A stretch of 64,000 bases of DNA from Hormiphora californensis (taxonomy: Eukaryota > Animalia > Ctenophora). Positions 31,175-44,425 of the stretch are shown here, one piece after another. A model generated the notes under the pieces. The model was not told where the DNA came from, made no database searches, and saw nothing but the letters and a program-made list of their open reading frames with translations. Location: the NCBI GenBank assembly GCA_020137815.1, contig CM035353.1, positions 7,378,001-7,442,000 of the forward strand. Direction: 5' to 3'. The position numbers were made by a program, and so were the translations under genes. Within the stretch, counting starts at the first letter, position 1, and each line of letters starts with the position of its first letter.

Positions 31175-31420
31175 ACTCTCACTCTCTCTCTCACCCTCAT
31201 TGCTACTCATAACAACAATTGCAGGACGGGAGTGCATGATCTCTTTAGAAACTCCACGAATCATCAAAACAACAGATTGTGTAACAATTTTCATTTTTCA
31301 ATAGAGGCAGCATCAATCGTGTGTAAACCTGGTCTGAGAGGGAGACAAATCTAGTTCCCCTACTATTATACTGGGATTAACAAGACAAAGTTAGCTGTAT
31401 TATAACAGTTCACAAACCTA

Positions 31421-32984
31421 CAAGGTGGGCCACGGATTGTTGGTCATGGTTAGCGAGGTGGTGCGTCAAAACGGTGATAGTTGTGAGAATAAAAATTATG
31501 GGAGCACTCTGGATCAATTCCTTGGTAACTTTTTCTATAATTTTTTGTCAAAAATTCAAAAATTCATTTTTCATTCCTTCATTCATTTCTCGTTCATTCA
31601 TGATGTGAGCATCCTAATTTTCCATCATTATGCTATTTTTCTTTGGCTTGAATTTATCTTTCCAATGAGCACCATGAAAATGAAAATGAAGCACCAAGTC
31701 ACTCAGCAGTTGAGAAAATGTTCATGCATGATTTTGGCTCTTTTTGCGATTTTCAAACAGATGTATCACGGCTACCTTTCGTTCAATCTTCTTAAAACTT
31801 TGGGAAAACATTGGATAAGCAAAGATCTTTGCTCACAAGAAAAATCAAGGCCAAAGGTCAAAGTTCATTTTTCATTTTTGTTAGTTCATTCCGTTCATTC
31901 AGGAACCAACATCACTAAAGTGATGAAAAGGTTTGTGTTTTGTTTGGCCCATGTCCTGCAATGACAGAGAGGTGTAATAGCGTGTTTCCGGGCTAGTTTG
32001 TGGGTGTCCATGTGATCATGATGATATCTGACACCTTTTCTGAGCCATGATTAAGGGATTTTCTCAAACTCAAGCATGTAACTTGGTTTTTCTGCGATTA
32101 GTACCGTGCAGAAATGTTATGAGATCTCATAACAACTCAAAAATGATGATTAGCTCAATGAAATGAGTTGATTTATGATGTAATTGTTCGTTTCGTTCAA
32201 TTTGACATCGGTTTTAATCTTTTCAATCAGAAATCAACTCATTTCATTGAGCTAATCATCATTTTTGATGTGTTATGAGATCTCATAACATTGCTGCACG
32301 GTACTAATCGCAGAAAAACCAAGTTACATGCTTGAATTTGAGAAAATCCCTTAATTATGGCTCAGAAAAGGTGTCAGATATCATCATGATCACATGGACA
32401 TCCACAAACTAGCCCGGAAACATGTTATTACACCTCTCTGTCATTGCAGGACATGGGCCAAACAAAACCCAAACCTTTTCATCACTTTAGGGATGTTGGT
32501 TCCTGAATGAACGGAATGAACTAACAAAAATGAAAAATGAACTTTGACCTTTGGCCTTGATTTTTCTTGTGAGCAAAGATCTTTGCTTATCCAATGTTTT
32601 CCCAAAGTTTTAAGAAGATTGAACGAAAGGTAGCCGTGATACATCTGTTTGAAAATCGCAAAAAGAGCCAAAATCATGCATGAACATTTTCTCAACTGCT
32701 GAGTGACTTGGTGCTTCATTTTCATTTTCATGGTGCTCATTGGAAAGATAAATTCAAGCCAAAGAAAAATAGCATAATGATGGAAAATTAGGATGCTCAC
32801 ATCATGAATGAACGAGAAATGAATGAAGGAATGAAAAATGAATTTTCGAATTTTTGACAAAAAATTATGGAAAAAGTTACCAAGGAATTGATCCAGAGTG
32901 CTCCCATAATTTTTATTCTCACAACTATCACCGTTTTGACGCACCACCTCGCTAACCATGACCAACAATCCGTGGCCCACCTTG
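31421..32984. mobile_element. Foldback non-autonomous Tc1/mariner-type element with ~754-bp arms and a ~56-bp spacer
   Basis: TA|CAAGGTGGGCCA...TGGCCCACCTTG|TA; arms 31421-32174 and 32231-32984 nearly identical. Confidence 0.93.
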
Positions 32985-34215
32985 TATATAGCAGCATAGG
33001 TAGCTCTGTATAATAGTACTCGGTAAATATAAGAGGAGCCTGGAGCATAGAACAATTCAGAAGTAGGAAGGCCTTTCCGAATTCCAAGCTTTATACAGCT
33101 CGGATCGGATTTATGTGATCCCATACATACACCTATCAAGTGTCAAAATGCCCCTCAAGTTCCATTCAGTTTTCAATGTAGAGCTGATGTTAGTGTAACG
33201 GCACACGGGGGAGTTTGTGAGAAAATAACAACGCAACCAGTGATTGTTTATCTAACATCTTACATACACACATGCACCGTACCAACTTTACCATGGGATA
33301 TGATACATGCACTGTACCGTGGGGCAATGGACATGTTATACGGTCGCTTGTAGTGGGAAAAAAGTAATGGAAAACGGAGATACAGTAAGACGACGCACAA
33401 CCGTGACCAATCAGGGCGCTATAAACACATGCACTTTTGCCGCGCGTTATGCAACGTGCGCGTCCCGTTACTGTATTTCCATTACGGTAATACGACTACA
33501 AGCAGCTCTGTTATACATGGGATTGTCTCTATCATCAGGGGAACCAGGGGAATGGGCCGATGGGGAGGGGGGGGGGGGTAATTGAATTACCTAGGACAGC
33601 TGCAGGGTTTGATGATACAGCTGGCATTGCAGAGTGGTGATATCGAGGATTTTCACATCTTGTGATCTTTCATGACTTCTTGCGGCGTGGGTCCTGTGGA
33701 GATAGTTTGATAATTCTAAACAGCTATACAAGATCAAGATGATCTAATACTATACAGTATACACACCGTTTTTTAGAGCACATCCATTTTGAGATTCAGA
33801 TTGTCCAGATTGTTAGGTATATAACTCATCAGTATGACAGTTTGGAAACCTTGTATCATGGTACCTGTGTCCTGGTTGAAGTGAGGAAATCTGGAGCTCA
33901 TGGGACATTGCTAAAACAAGCTGTAAGGATTAACATTGTTCTGTCTGGTCAAACACGTAACATCAAAAAGCTATAAATAACGACGGTTATAAAAGTTTTC
34001 AACACCAAATCAAGGCTATAAAGGATAATAAAAAGTACGCTAACAGAAATAATAACTTAATCAATTTACATATATTCGTGTGCTTGATGGTTGAATTATC
34101 AAAATCAGCCCATAAAAATCATTAATTCCTCGTGCTTCAAAGTTCAACGGATTATCCAAATAATTATGGGATTATCTTGATATGTAGTTGACAAAAAGTT
34201 CAGCTAGAACTATAT

Positions 34216-34486
34216 GGGTCACCACACACCAAAGTTAAAATTAAAATTAAAATTTTGATTTTAAACCCGCACACACCAGCGGCCGTTAAAATTTCTCTCC
34301 CCATTCTAAAAGTAACAATCTCACGCACGATTTTGACGGTCGCGTTGGATGACAAAATTTTAACACACCGTCAAAATCGCGCGCGAGATTGTTACTTTTA
34401 GAATGGGGGAGAGAAATTTTAACGGCCGCTGGTGTGTGCGGGTTTAAAATCAAAATTTTAATTTTAACTTTGGTGTGTGGTGACCC
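34216..34486. mobile_element. PIF/Harbinger-like foldback MITE
   Basis: GGGTCACCACACACC...GGTGTGTGGTGACCC, long TIRs, 3-bp TSD TAT. Confidence 0.85.
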
Positions 34487-34591
34487 TATCTCTGGCCCAT
34501 GTCTCCCCCAGAGCTATACCTTCTTTGAGCCCCTAATGAACTGTTTATATACATCGCTCCTACTGTTCCAAACTGTTCCAAACCTGCAGTC

Positions 34592-35660
34592 TCAATAAAG
34601 CATCACCAGCACACCATGTGTTGTAGGGCAGATCTATCCCCTCCTCCTCCAAAGGGTTTATCAACCAAGTACTGAACGTAGAGAAACATGTCTTCATCGT
34701 GGTGAGTCTAGATGGGGGAAGTTGCAATAAATATCGCGGTCAAAAACTGGTAATTTCCTCTATCGGGGAAAGATTATTTTCCCGGTAAATTGGGTTTCCG
34801 GTAAATCGGGGCCCGACTGTACAAACTTACTTCGTAGATATCGTTAACCACTGTTGTTATCGTTTCTTCAGAACTTAAACTTCCTAGACAAGAATTCATT
34901 AGCCACGGAGTTTTGATAAAAAACCATGGACCGCCAGACCCCTTTTTGGTTCGCAAATTGTTTCGGCAGCGCCAGCCAGATGACCCATGGATTTTTCATG
35001 ACAACGAACAACAAATAATTGTGCCAGTGAGATCTTACCGAATAGAAGTTTTAACGATTCAGATTCCTCCAAATGAAAACCTTGGTCGCCCATCATTAAC
35101 TTTACTCTGCATAAAAACTGTCCCACTGAAAGGAGTAATAAAAAGTTACAGTCGGACCCCGATTTACCGTAATTAGCAAGTCGATAGGTTAATTCTAGTG
35201 GTGGCAATTAGTTAATACTGGTAACTAGCAGGAACCGACCGAATCAGGAAATACTGGTCCCTGATTGGCTGATAACCAGTCACGTGACCTACATAACGAG
35301 TTCTGATTGGTTGTTTACTTGTGTCAGTCGGTTACTGGTAACCAGAAATAAAGTTCGTGTTATGTGACAAATCCTCACCTGTCCATTCTTTGGGGATGGC
35401 CATCTTGTGAGACTTCAGTGCAATCTGTCGACTTCTCCTTGAGTGTCCAGGTTCAATTATTATCTGTAAAATTAGAAATCAGCTATAACTTAGTTCACAT
35501 GTGATGGTAATATTTGATTGATTTCATAGTAATAATCCCTAACGATATTTCTCTAACATACGGGAAGGTAGCTGGGTCTGTTTCTCCTCACTGAATCAGC
35601 TGAGCTCTTCCTGTACTCAAAGGGTCGGGAATTCTTGTACGAGCTACTCCATGCCGACAT
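34592..35660 (-). CDS. Divergent ATG8/GABARAP-LC3 family paralog (exons 35660-35562, 35463-35379, 35125-35039, 34883-34831, 34707-34592)
   Basis: MSAWSSSYKNSRPFEYRKSSADSVRRNRPSYLP-IIIEPGH...HKMAIPKEWT-VGQFLCRVK...LKLLF-GSLS...DIYE-THHDEDMFLYVQYLVDKPFG-GGGDRSALQHMVLVMLY aligns collinearly with ATG8; three intron positions shared with the neighbouring GABARAP. Confidence 0.85.
35229..35337. mobile_element. hAT-like 109-bp MITE in intron 2 of the ATG8 paralog
   Basis: TIRs CAGGAACCGAC/GTCGGTTACTG; 8-bp TSD GTAACTAG/GTAACCAG. Confidence 0.8.
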
Positions 35661-36101
35661 GCTAACTGTTAAAAGAGGGGGTTTTCCAAAAACAAAGAAA
35701 CGGTTTTAACATATCAACATTGGTGTTGAATCATAATAAGAGAGGTAAATTTACAGACGGCAGACGCGTTTACAAGATATTATATACCGGTATAAATCAC
35801 ACACGATGTCCAAAGAAGTTATCCGGGTACATGGTCAGTTTTTAATAAAAGCAACAAAAATTCTGCCCCGCGAGAAAAGCTGATTCTTTAGAATTCAAAT
35901 CTACCTGTATTTTCATAATAGTCTTTAATTATTTAATCCATCTAAATATGTCCCATATATTACACAAAGTCGACCGATTACTGTTATACAGGAGTGATTA
36001 AAAGAATTAAGATTTTAAATCTGATACACACACACAACAAACAAACAAACAAACACTTATTAACAGCAATCAATCAAATTGTCCTGACCAATTAGTAGGT
36101 T

Positions 36102-37488
<1,387 letters not shown>

Positions 37489-37949
37489 CTATTAAAAAGT
37501 CGAATTTAAAACTATTTGGGTCCTAAGGTATTTCCTGGTGATATGTGTTATTTTTGCTGCCTGCGTAAAAAGATCAGTGATGTCACTCACGAGGGAGGAC
37601 ATTTAGAAACAACATCGACTTTACAGAAATGTAGATCTTCAATAGATCACAGATCTCTTATACTCCAGTTGCGATCTGGAAACTGACACAAGTTTCCAGC
37701 TGGGAGATTCCCGATAAACCATGCTGCACGTCATCTGTGCAATGCGTGACTAAATTTCCATCTGAAATCAATTGACGATCCATTATCAGCAGTGCGAACG
37801 GGAACTAGCGTCTGAAAACTGGAAAAAACAGTTTCCAAATCTGGAACTGGACCCTTAAAAAATAGAAAAGCTCGGCGACCTGGATAAATCCAAATTTCAG
37901 GGTGCTGATATCCCTTTCTATGGCGTTTCCCCGATACCCGGTACCCGGT

Positions 37950-39800
37950 TTGGTTTGGTTTGGTTTGGACCACTCATCTGGGACTGTAAACAGTCACACA
38001 GCCAAGTCTCGCCGAACAGGCGAGACAGCATAGTGCCGGATCATCCTTTCGGAATCACCACCAGATCGTCTTCTGTCTGTCGTCGGTGAAAGAATATGAA
38101 ATCATACTTCTAGATCTTAAAATTAAATTGTTCTCAGTAACAATCAATCAAAGCTAATCAAATCAAATCATTATATAATATTCTCATCAATAATAAAATA
38201 AGGTGTACATGTACAATATATAAACATATGAAACATTAACAAATTATGAATGAATCATGAATGTGTTTGGAATGAAATCATTAACGAATCTTAAATAAAA
38301 ACATTGAATGAATGAATTGTGATCAACATAAAATTAGAAGTGAAACAACAGTTTACGCAATTTTTGAGCGACTCTGGTGATTTTCTTTTATTGAGCAAAT
38401 ACACAGTTTAGTGCGATGGTGCGTGATAGTGGATTTTAAATGAGCGATCAAGAATTTAGTGAATGAAATGCGGTAATTGACTAGAAATACTAGTGAACTG
38501 TCGAAATGAAAAACATTGGTTTTTACACGGTTTCGAGTGGTTGTGGATGATGATGGATTTGAGCGAGCGTCTCGACCTATGTCTGCTCTAATTAGTCATG
38601 TGATTAAAACTTGAATTGCGACCGTGAAAGGGCTGTATATGTGTGATATTGAGCGAGTATTGGTGAGCGGTGTATCAACAACAAACAGTACGGACTGACA
38701 AACTTACGACCTTGATAGATGTGATGGGTACTAACTGTGACGTCTTGGTGATGAGATGAGAGGTATATCTTTTACAGTAGAGGTAAAGATACACGAGAAC
38801 GATCAAACACAAATAAGGGCGGGGCAGATAAGACAATTTGTGAGTTGTTACACGCGATAAGCGACTTAGTGCACCAAAACACAAGGATAGGGGAATGGGG
38901 ATTGGGGTAGGGCTTAAAGAAAACGACGAGGTATCAGGTGTAAAGGCCTTTCGGCTAAAATGCCATCTTCAGTACATCCTACAACATAGAGAGTTAATAC
39001 AACAGGTCACAAAACACTGCCACACACACACACAGACCACCAAGAGAATATAAAACAAAATCAACAAAAGGACCCTGCTAAAAACGACGCGGTTACCGTA
39101 CCACTGCAATACGGTTTAGCCCAAACACAAGGATTGTCTCTGTAGCGAGGTATAAAAGAAACTGCTCTAAATTGGGAAGGGCCAGGGTGGGGGAGGTGGG
39201 TGGGGCGGAGGGGAGGGGCGGAGGGGGTGGGAGGTGGAAAGTAGAAGCTTGAGGCCAGTACAAACTTGCCGAAATAGACGTGTGTCGGGACATTTACTAA
39301 ACAAGGCCGGGGGTGGGGGTAGTGTTTACTGAAATTGGGTAGTGGGGAGAAGAAGAACTGGCAATTTGTGTGCGGTGATAGTCCAAAATGGCAGCGGAAG
39401 CGAGAGTAAAAACAAAGACAATGTAAGGAGACAAGTAGTGACAATGTGGCATATTTGATCTTGTGTGAATTCTTCGGTCGCAAAGTTATTTCTCAGTTCA
39501 ATTGCAAGATTATTTTAATTAAATTTAAATTTTGAAATATGAACTTGAAATTTTGGGAGTACTTTGGACAGCATATTTACACTTTAGAAAGGTTGTAGTA
39601 GAAGCTTGAGGCCAGTACAAACTTGCCGAAATAGACGTGTGTCGGGACATTTACTAAACAAGGCCGGGGGTGGGGGTAGTGTTTACTGAAATTGGGTAGT
39701 GGGGAGAAGAAGAACTGGCAATTTGTGTGCGGTGATAGTCCAAAATGGCAGCGGAAGCGAGAGTAAAAACAAAGACAATGTAAGGAGACAAGTAGTGACC
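37950..39800 (-). mobile_element. Non-coding retroposon, ~1.85 kb, with (CCAAA)4 3' tail
   Basis: 14-bp TSD ACCCGGTACCCGGT (37936-37949, 39801-39814); 202-bp direct repeats 39241-39442 and 39598-39799; structured 3' end; no long ORF. Confidence 0.7.
38935..38980 (-). ncRNA. Minimal type I hammerhead ribozyme (Penelope-like class)
   Basis: AGGATGTA-CTGAAGA-T-GGC-ATTTTA-GCC-GAAA-GGCC-TT-TACACCT: conserved core, stem II, palindromic stem III and stem I. Confidence 0.75.
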
Positions 39801-40000
39801 ACCCGGTACCCGGTACCCGGTACATAGTTCGTAAGAGGCGAGTGTATTAAAGCTACTCTGTATTAAATCCAAATTCCAAGAATATGGTAGGGTTGCTAAA
39901 TAGTGTTTAACAGTCCCGTTTGACTACATATTCTAAACATTCGTAAAACAATTTAGTACTCGAGTAGTTGTAGCAGCAGGTACGTCATGAAGAAAACATA

Positions 40001-40626
40001 TTTTTTCCCTGCCCGGGTGAATACATTCACCCGGATGATGTTTTTAGCACGCACGTGCTAAAAAGATCATTCAGGGTTTAGAAATTAGCAGATCGTAGGG
40101 GTTAACTAAATGTCCGTCCGTCCGTCACGGACAACGCCTAACAACAAGTCTGCTCCTTCATAAAACTTTCATCTCACGCTTCGTTGATTCAACAAAGGAA
40201 ATGATTAACACACATTGTGGCACACAATTATTCGCTGATAGCACTTCCCACTATCACCTGAAATCACTTTGGGCGCCCTACAGCCATGCCATGAAGTGGT
40301 AGAACGTCTTCCAAGCATGAAACTACTATCACATTAGTGACTCGAGTTGAGATGCGGTTAAAGTTGAAGCACTTGGTAACCAACTGGAGTCTCCCAAGCA
40401 ACTGCCTTGGTTGTCATAACAAATGTCTTGGTTGCCATAGCAACTGCGTTGGTTACCATAGCAACTAACCTAATTACCTTAGTAACCAACATCGCATCAG
40501 CCTAAAAATGCTCTTTGAGCACAAAATTCATCAGGAAATCCAGTTTTGAAGCTTATTCATCAATTTTAAATCCATTTGTGGCAGGGAAACGCCGCATTAT
40601 GAACACATAATGCAATAATTCTTGTT
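40001..40626 (+). mobile_element. Helentron-associated DINE-1/HINE-like element
   Basis: T-run start; subTIRs TTCCCTGCC/GGCAGGGAA; (GTCC)n microsatellite; 3' hairpin GCATTATG-AACA-CATAATGC; CTTGTT end. Confidence 0.8.
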
Positions 40627-41775
40627 ATAAATCACCCATCTCTATTAACACACTGTATTCCTCTGATCAATCAAGGAGTTACAAGACCTCTAGGATATTG
40701 AACTGTAGCAAACGCGGCAGTCCCATGATATTTACTAGACACCAGAGGGGTTTGCTGCACCCCCTGCCGCTTTGTGACCTATTCAACATGTAAACTGATA
40801 TTTATATCAACTCCTGACACCACGTGATATGATACTTTTGACTCGGTTTCACTGCTTCTGGCCTAACAAGAGGCAAGAGCGAAACCGAATTGGCAAACGT
40901 TGCTGGCAGCGCGGGATAAGGCAGCGCTTTTCAAGAAACCGAACGGAAAGATATTTTTTTTTAAAAAAAACACAAAAAATCTGAACGAGATTTTTCCTTG
41001 GACGCGCGCACTCTAACCTGCATGCGTGTTACAAAAGGAATGAGGGCGCCTTACAGCTTGAGTTTCAGACGTGATATGTCCACAACATGATATGGAAATA
41101 TAAAAGAGTTGGGCAAACCCAGTGACAGTTTCTGTTTTTGAACGTTACACATTAGAAACCAATCACAGGAACAGTGGTTTGGCCCGTATGAACGTACTCT
41201 TCATTCAATGTGAATGTTGAATAGCAAAACAAATACATAGTAATGCAAATGTAACTCGAGACTTTGGGTTTTAGAAATAAATATCAGAACTCATCAGAAT
41301 CTTTCCATTTCAATTTCGGTAGATAAGAGGGGTATGGCAGCCCTTACAACTTGTAAAACTTCACTCACGTGCCGATATATTCCCTAAATATAAGTTCAGA
41401 ATAATCTTTTCACTTCGCTCCTAGATTACAAATTGCCATAAAATATTGAAGAAAGATTTCACAGATCACTTTCTGCTCATACAAAAAACACTGAAATCAT
41501 CGCCCCGCGCCCGATAGGCCACTTCTTTTTCTTCTCCTTCGGATAGGACACACTCTCAACTTTGAGCAACACAATTGGTTAGTACTAAAACACGTTTCCA
41601 ACGCTTTCTCTCGTTCACTCTTTCATACCACATTAAAATTAGTTACTAAAAACGATTTGAAATCGCAACCCTTGCTGCATATTAGCACAAAAACATAAAA
41701 AAACAAACACGCTGAAACGATAATCAGCTTCACTCTTCGTTACTACTTTCTCTCTCGTCAACACGTCTCCTCCTC

Positions 41776-42854
41776 CTACTTCAAGATCTCTTCAAACTCG
41801 TTCAGTAAGTCATCCTCATCCTCGAATAGTAGGGAGACATCATCACGTTTAGTATGAGAGGTGGGGGCTGCATCTAGAGCAGCGTTCAACAGTTCCAACT
41901 CCCGGTCAAAGTCGTCTAGTTCAGTGTTGGTGGTACTGTAGGAAATGGGATGTTAGATTTGGGGTTTTAGAGTGGTTATGTAGGAAATGGGATGTTAGAT
42001 TTGGGGTTTTAGAGTGGTTATGTAGGAGTGGGATGATAGATATTGGGGATTAGAGGATTATAGGTTAGAGAAAACTGAAAAGCCAAAAAAAGTGTAGATA
42101 ATGATACGTACCTTTGAGGGGTAGGAACAGAGGTTGTAGTTTGTGGAATGGGATTGCAGACAGCAGATTTAGTAGCTCCAGACACCATTGTGGTGGTCGG
42201 TGCTGTATTGGGTTGTTGAGTGGGCTTCACTGCTTTCTTTATCCTGATCTTCTTGACAACCCTCGGTTTAACTACAGCTCGTTTATTGGTAGTTGGTTTA
42301 GGGGCAGGTGCCACTTTGTTTTCTGGTTTTGTTATGGGTTGTGTGACAGGTGGTGGAGCGCTATTTGCCCGAACTGACTTTAGATCCACGACATGTTTTG
42401 TTCTTATTACAGTGGTGTTGGTTTTGGGTTCCTCTTGTTGTGGTTTACTAGCGAATGGGTTCAATCCCTTCACCTTGGGTTCCTCTTGCTGCGGTTTACT
42501 AGCGAATGGGTTTAGTCCCTTCACCTAGAAGGGGGTGGGGGTTAAATTTAGGTGCCGGCAGGCACCTCCGACCCGAAGAAAACAGAAAAAACGAAAAAAA
42601 AAATTTTTGCCCCTGCACCAAATCCAAAAAGTGACGGCCCTATTTAGGTGCCGGCAGGCACCTCCGACCCGAAGAAAACAGAAAAAACGAAAGAAAAAAA
42701 AAATTTTGCCCCTGCACCAAATCCAAAAAGCCGGCCCTATTTAGGTGCCGGCAGGCACCTCCGACCCGAAGAAAACAGAAAAAAACGAAGAAAAAAAAAT
42801 TTTTGCCCCTGCACCAAATCCAAAAAGCCGGCCCTATATATACAAACGTAGGTC

Positions 42855-42887
<33 letters not shown>

Positions 42888-44393
42888 GGCAAATTTCAGG
42901 CAGCGATTGTGGCCACATTTTTTGAGATATCGACCTGAAATTTTGTAGGCGTGTTCTAGTAGTATAACTACGTGTCATAACGTGGCCGGATTTTTGATTT
43001 TTTGCCTAATTAATTAATTATAGGTAATTAAAAAGTAGCCCCTGCACCGTGCCCCTGAGCATGGGGTGTTCTGTCCCCTGGGCATTGCCCCTGAGCCGAA
43101 ATTATCTCCCGATCTGCTTGAAATATCGACTTGAAACTTTGTAGGAATGCTCTTCAAGCATAAAAAATGATCTACAAAAAGTTAGAATAGTCAAAATTAA
43201 GTAATCAATGAGTTATAGGCATGCAAAAATGGACATTTCTGGTGCCCCTGAATTTTGCCCCCGAGCATTTGAAAAAACTGCCCCTGGGCAATTTTAAAAT
43301 TCAAATTGTGGCCACACTGTTTGACATATCGATCTAAAACTTTGTAGGCATGTTCTAGTGGTATAACTAAGAGTCACCACGGAGCCTGATTTTTGATTTT
43401 TTACTTAATTAATTAATTATAAGCAATTAAAATTTTAAAATTGCCCTCGCACTAACAAAAGTGGCCCAGGGGCACCTGAGCCGCAATTATCTCCCGATCT
43501 GCTTGAAATATCGACTTGAAACTTTGTAGGAATGCTCTTCAAGCATATAGAAAGGTCTACAAAAGGTGGGAATATTCAAAATTAATTATCCAATTAATTA
43601 TAAGCAATTAAAAAATGGACATTTTTCTGGTGCCCCTGAGCATTGCCCCTGAGCATTTGAAAATATTTTCCGTTCTGCTATAAATAACGGCCTAAAATTT
43701 TGCAGTAATGTAGTTCAAGCATATAGAAAGGTCTACAAAAAATGGGAATATTCAAAATTGATTATCAAATTAATTATAAGCAATTAAAAAAATGTGCAGT
43801 GGCAGTGCAGGGGCAAAAAAATTAAGCATATATATATGGCGGGAAAATATTTTGGCGGGAAACCGAAAAAGCCCAATAAGCCAAGAACGGGGTGGGGCCA
43901 AGGTCTGGCCCACTAGCTTTTGATCACCTCATCGAGCCCGATCGAACGCGACCAATGTCGACCTCCCACGACGACCTAAACCCCTAATCCCACGTGGTGC
44001 CAGCCAACCGCCAGCCAAACGGAAAAATCTAGTGATCCTCTATCAGCTGGTATCAAAATCTAAGCTCTAAGTGACCAGGAACTGGCATTATTAGTGCTAA
44101 TTGGCGATAACGTCATAAATCACATAATTACGACTAATTAGTGAACCGGGGGTGGTAGAGACCTGTGGGATGGTACTTTGGACTTTTTATAGAGTCCCTA
44201 ATCATATCAGAAAGTCAAATTTAAAATTCCAGACCCAACTTCCCACAACCGACCCTACTATGTATAATAAACAGGCCGCTGCGCATCAAAAAATATTTTA
44301 ACAGCTTGAAGGTTGCTGTTTCGACGAATCTCCCAACTTCGGGTCGGACGAGGGGAAGCTTGCCTTTTGCGATCATATATACAAACGTAGGTC

Positions 44394-44425
<32 letters not shown>

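Noticed and set aside
31425-33139. Mirrored 179-aa and 232-aa ORFs
   Set aside because: They lie in the arms of the foldback element, with no transposase motifs and non-ATG starts.
33590-33912. Two minus-strand exon-like segments with good splice sites
   Set aside because: All frames contain stops; may be UTR, lncRNA or pseudogene, so not called.
38036-38062. SECIS element (UGA/GA quartet)
   Set aside because: The helix above the tandem GA pairs is only 3-4 bp, far shorter than SECIS helix II, and there is no upstream UGA-containing ORF.
39840-41230. Possible plus-strand micro-exon gene
   Set aside because: Splice-like signals exist, but no convincing continuous ORF or homology.
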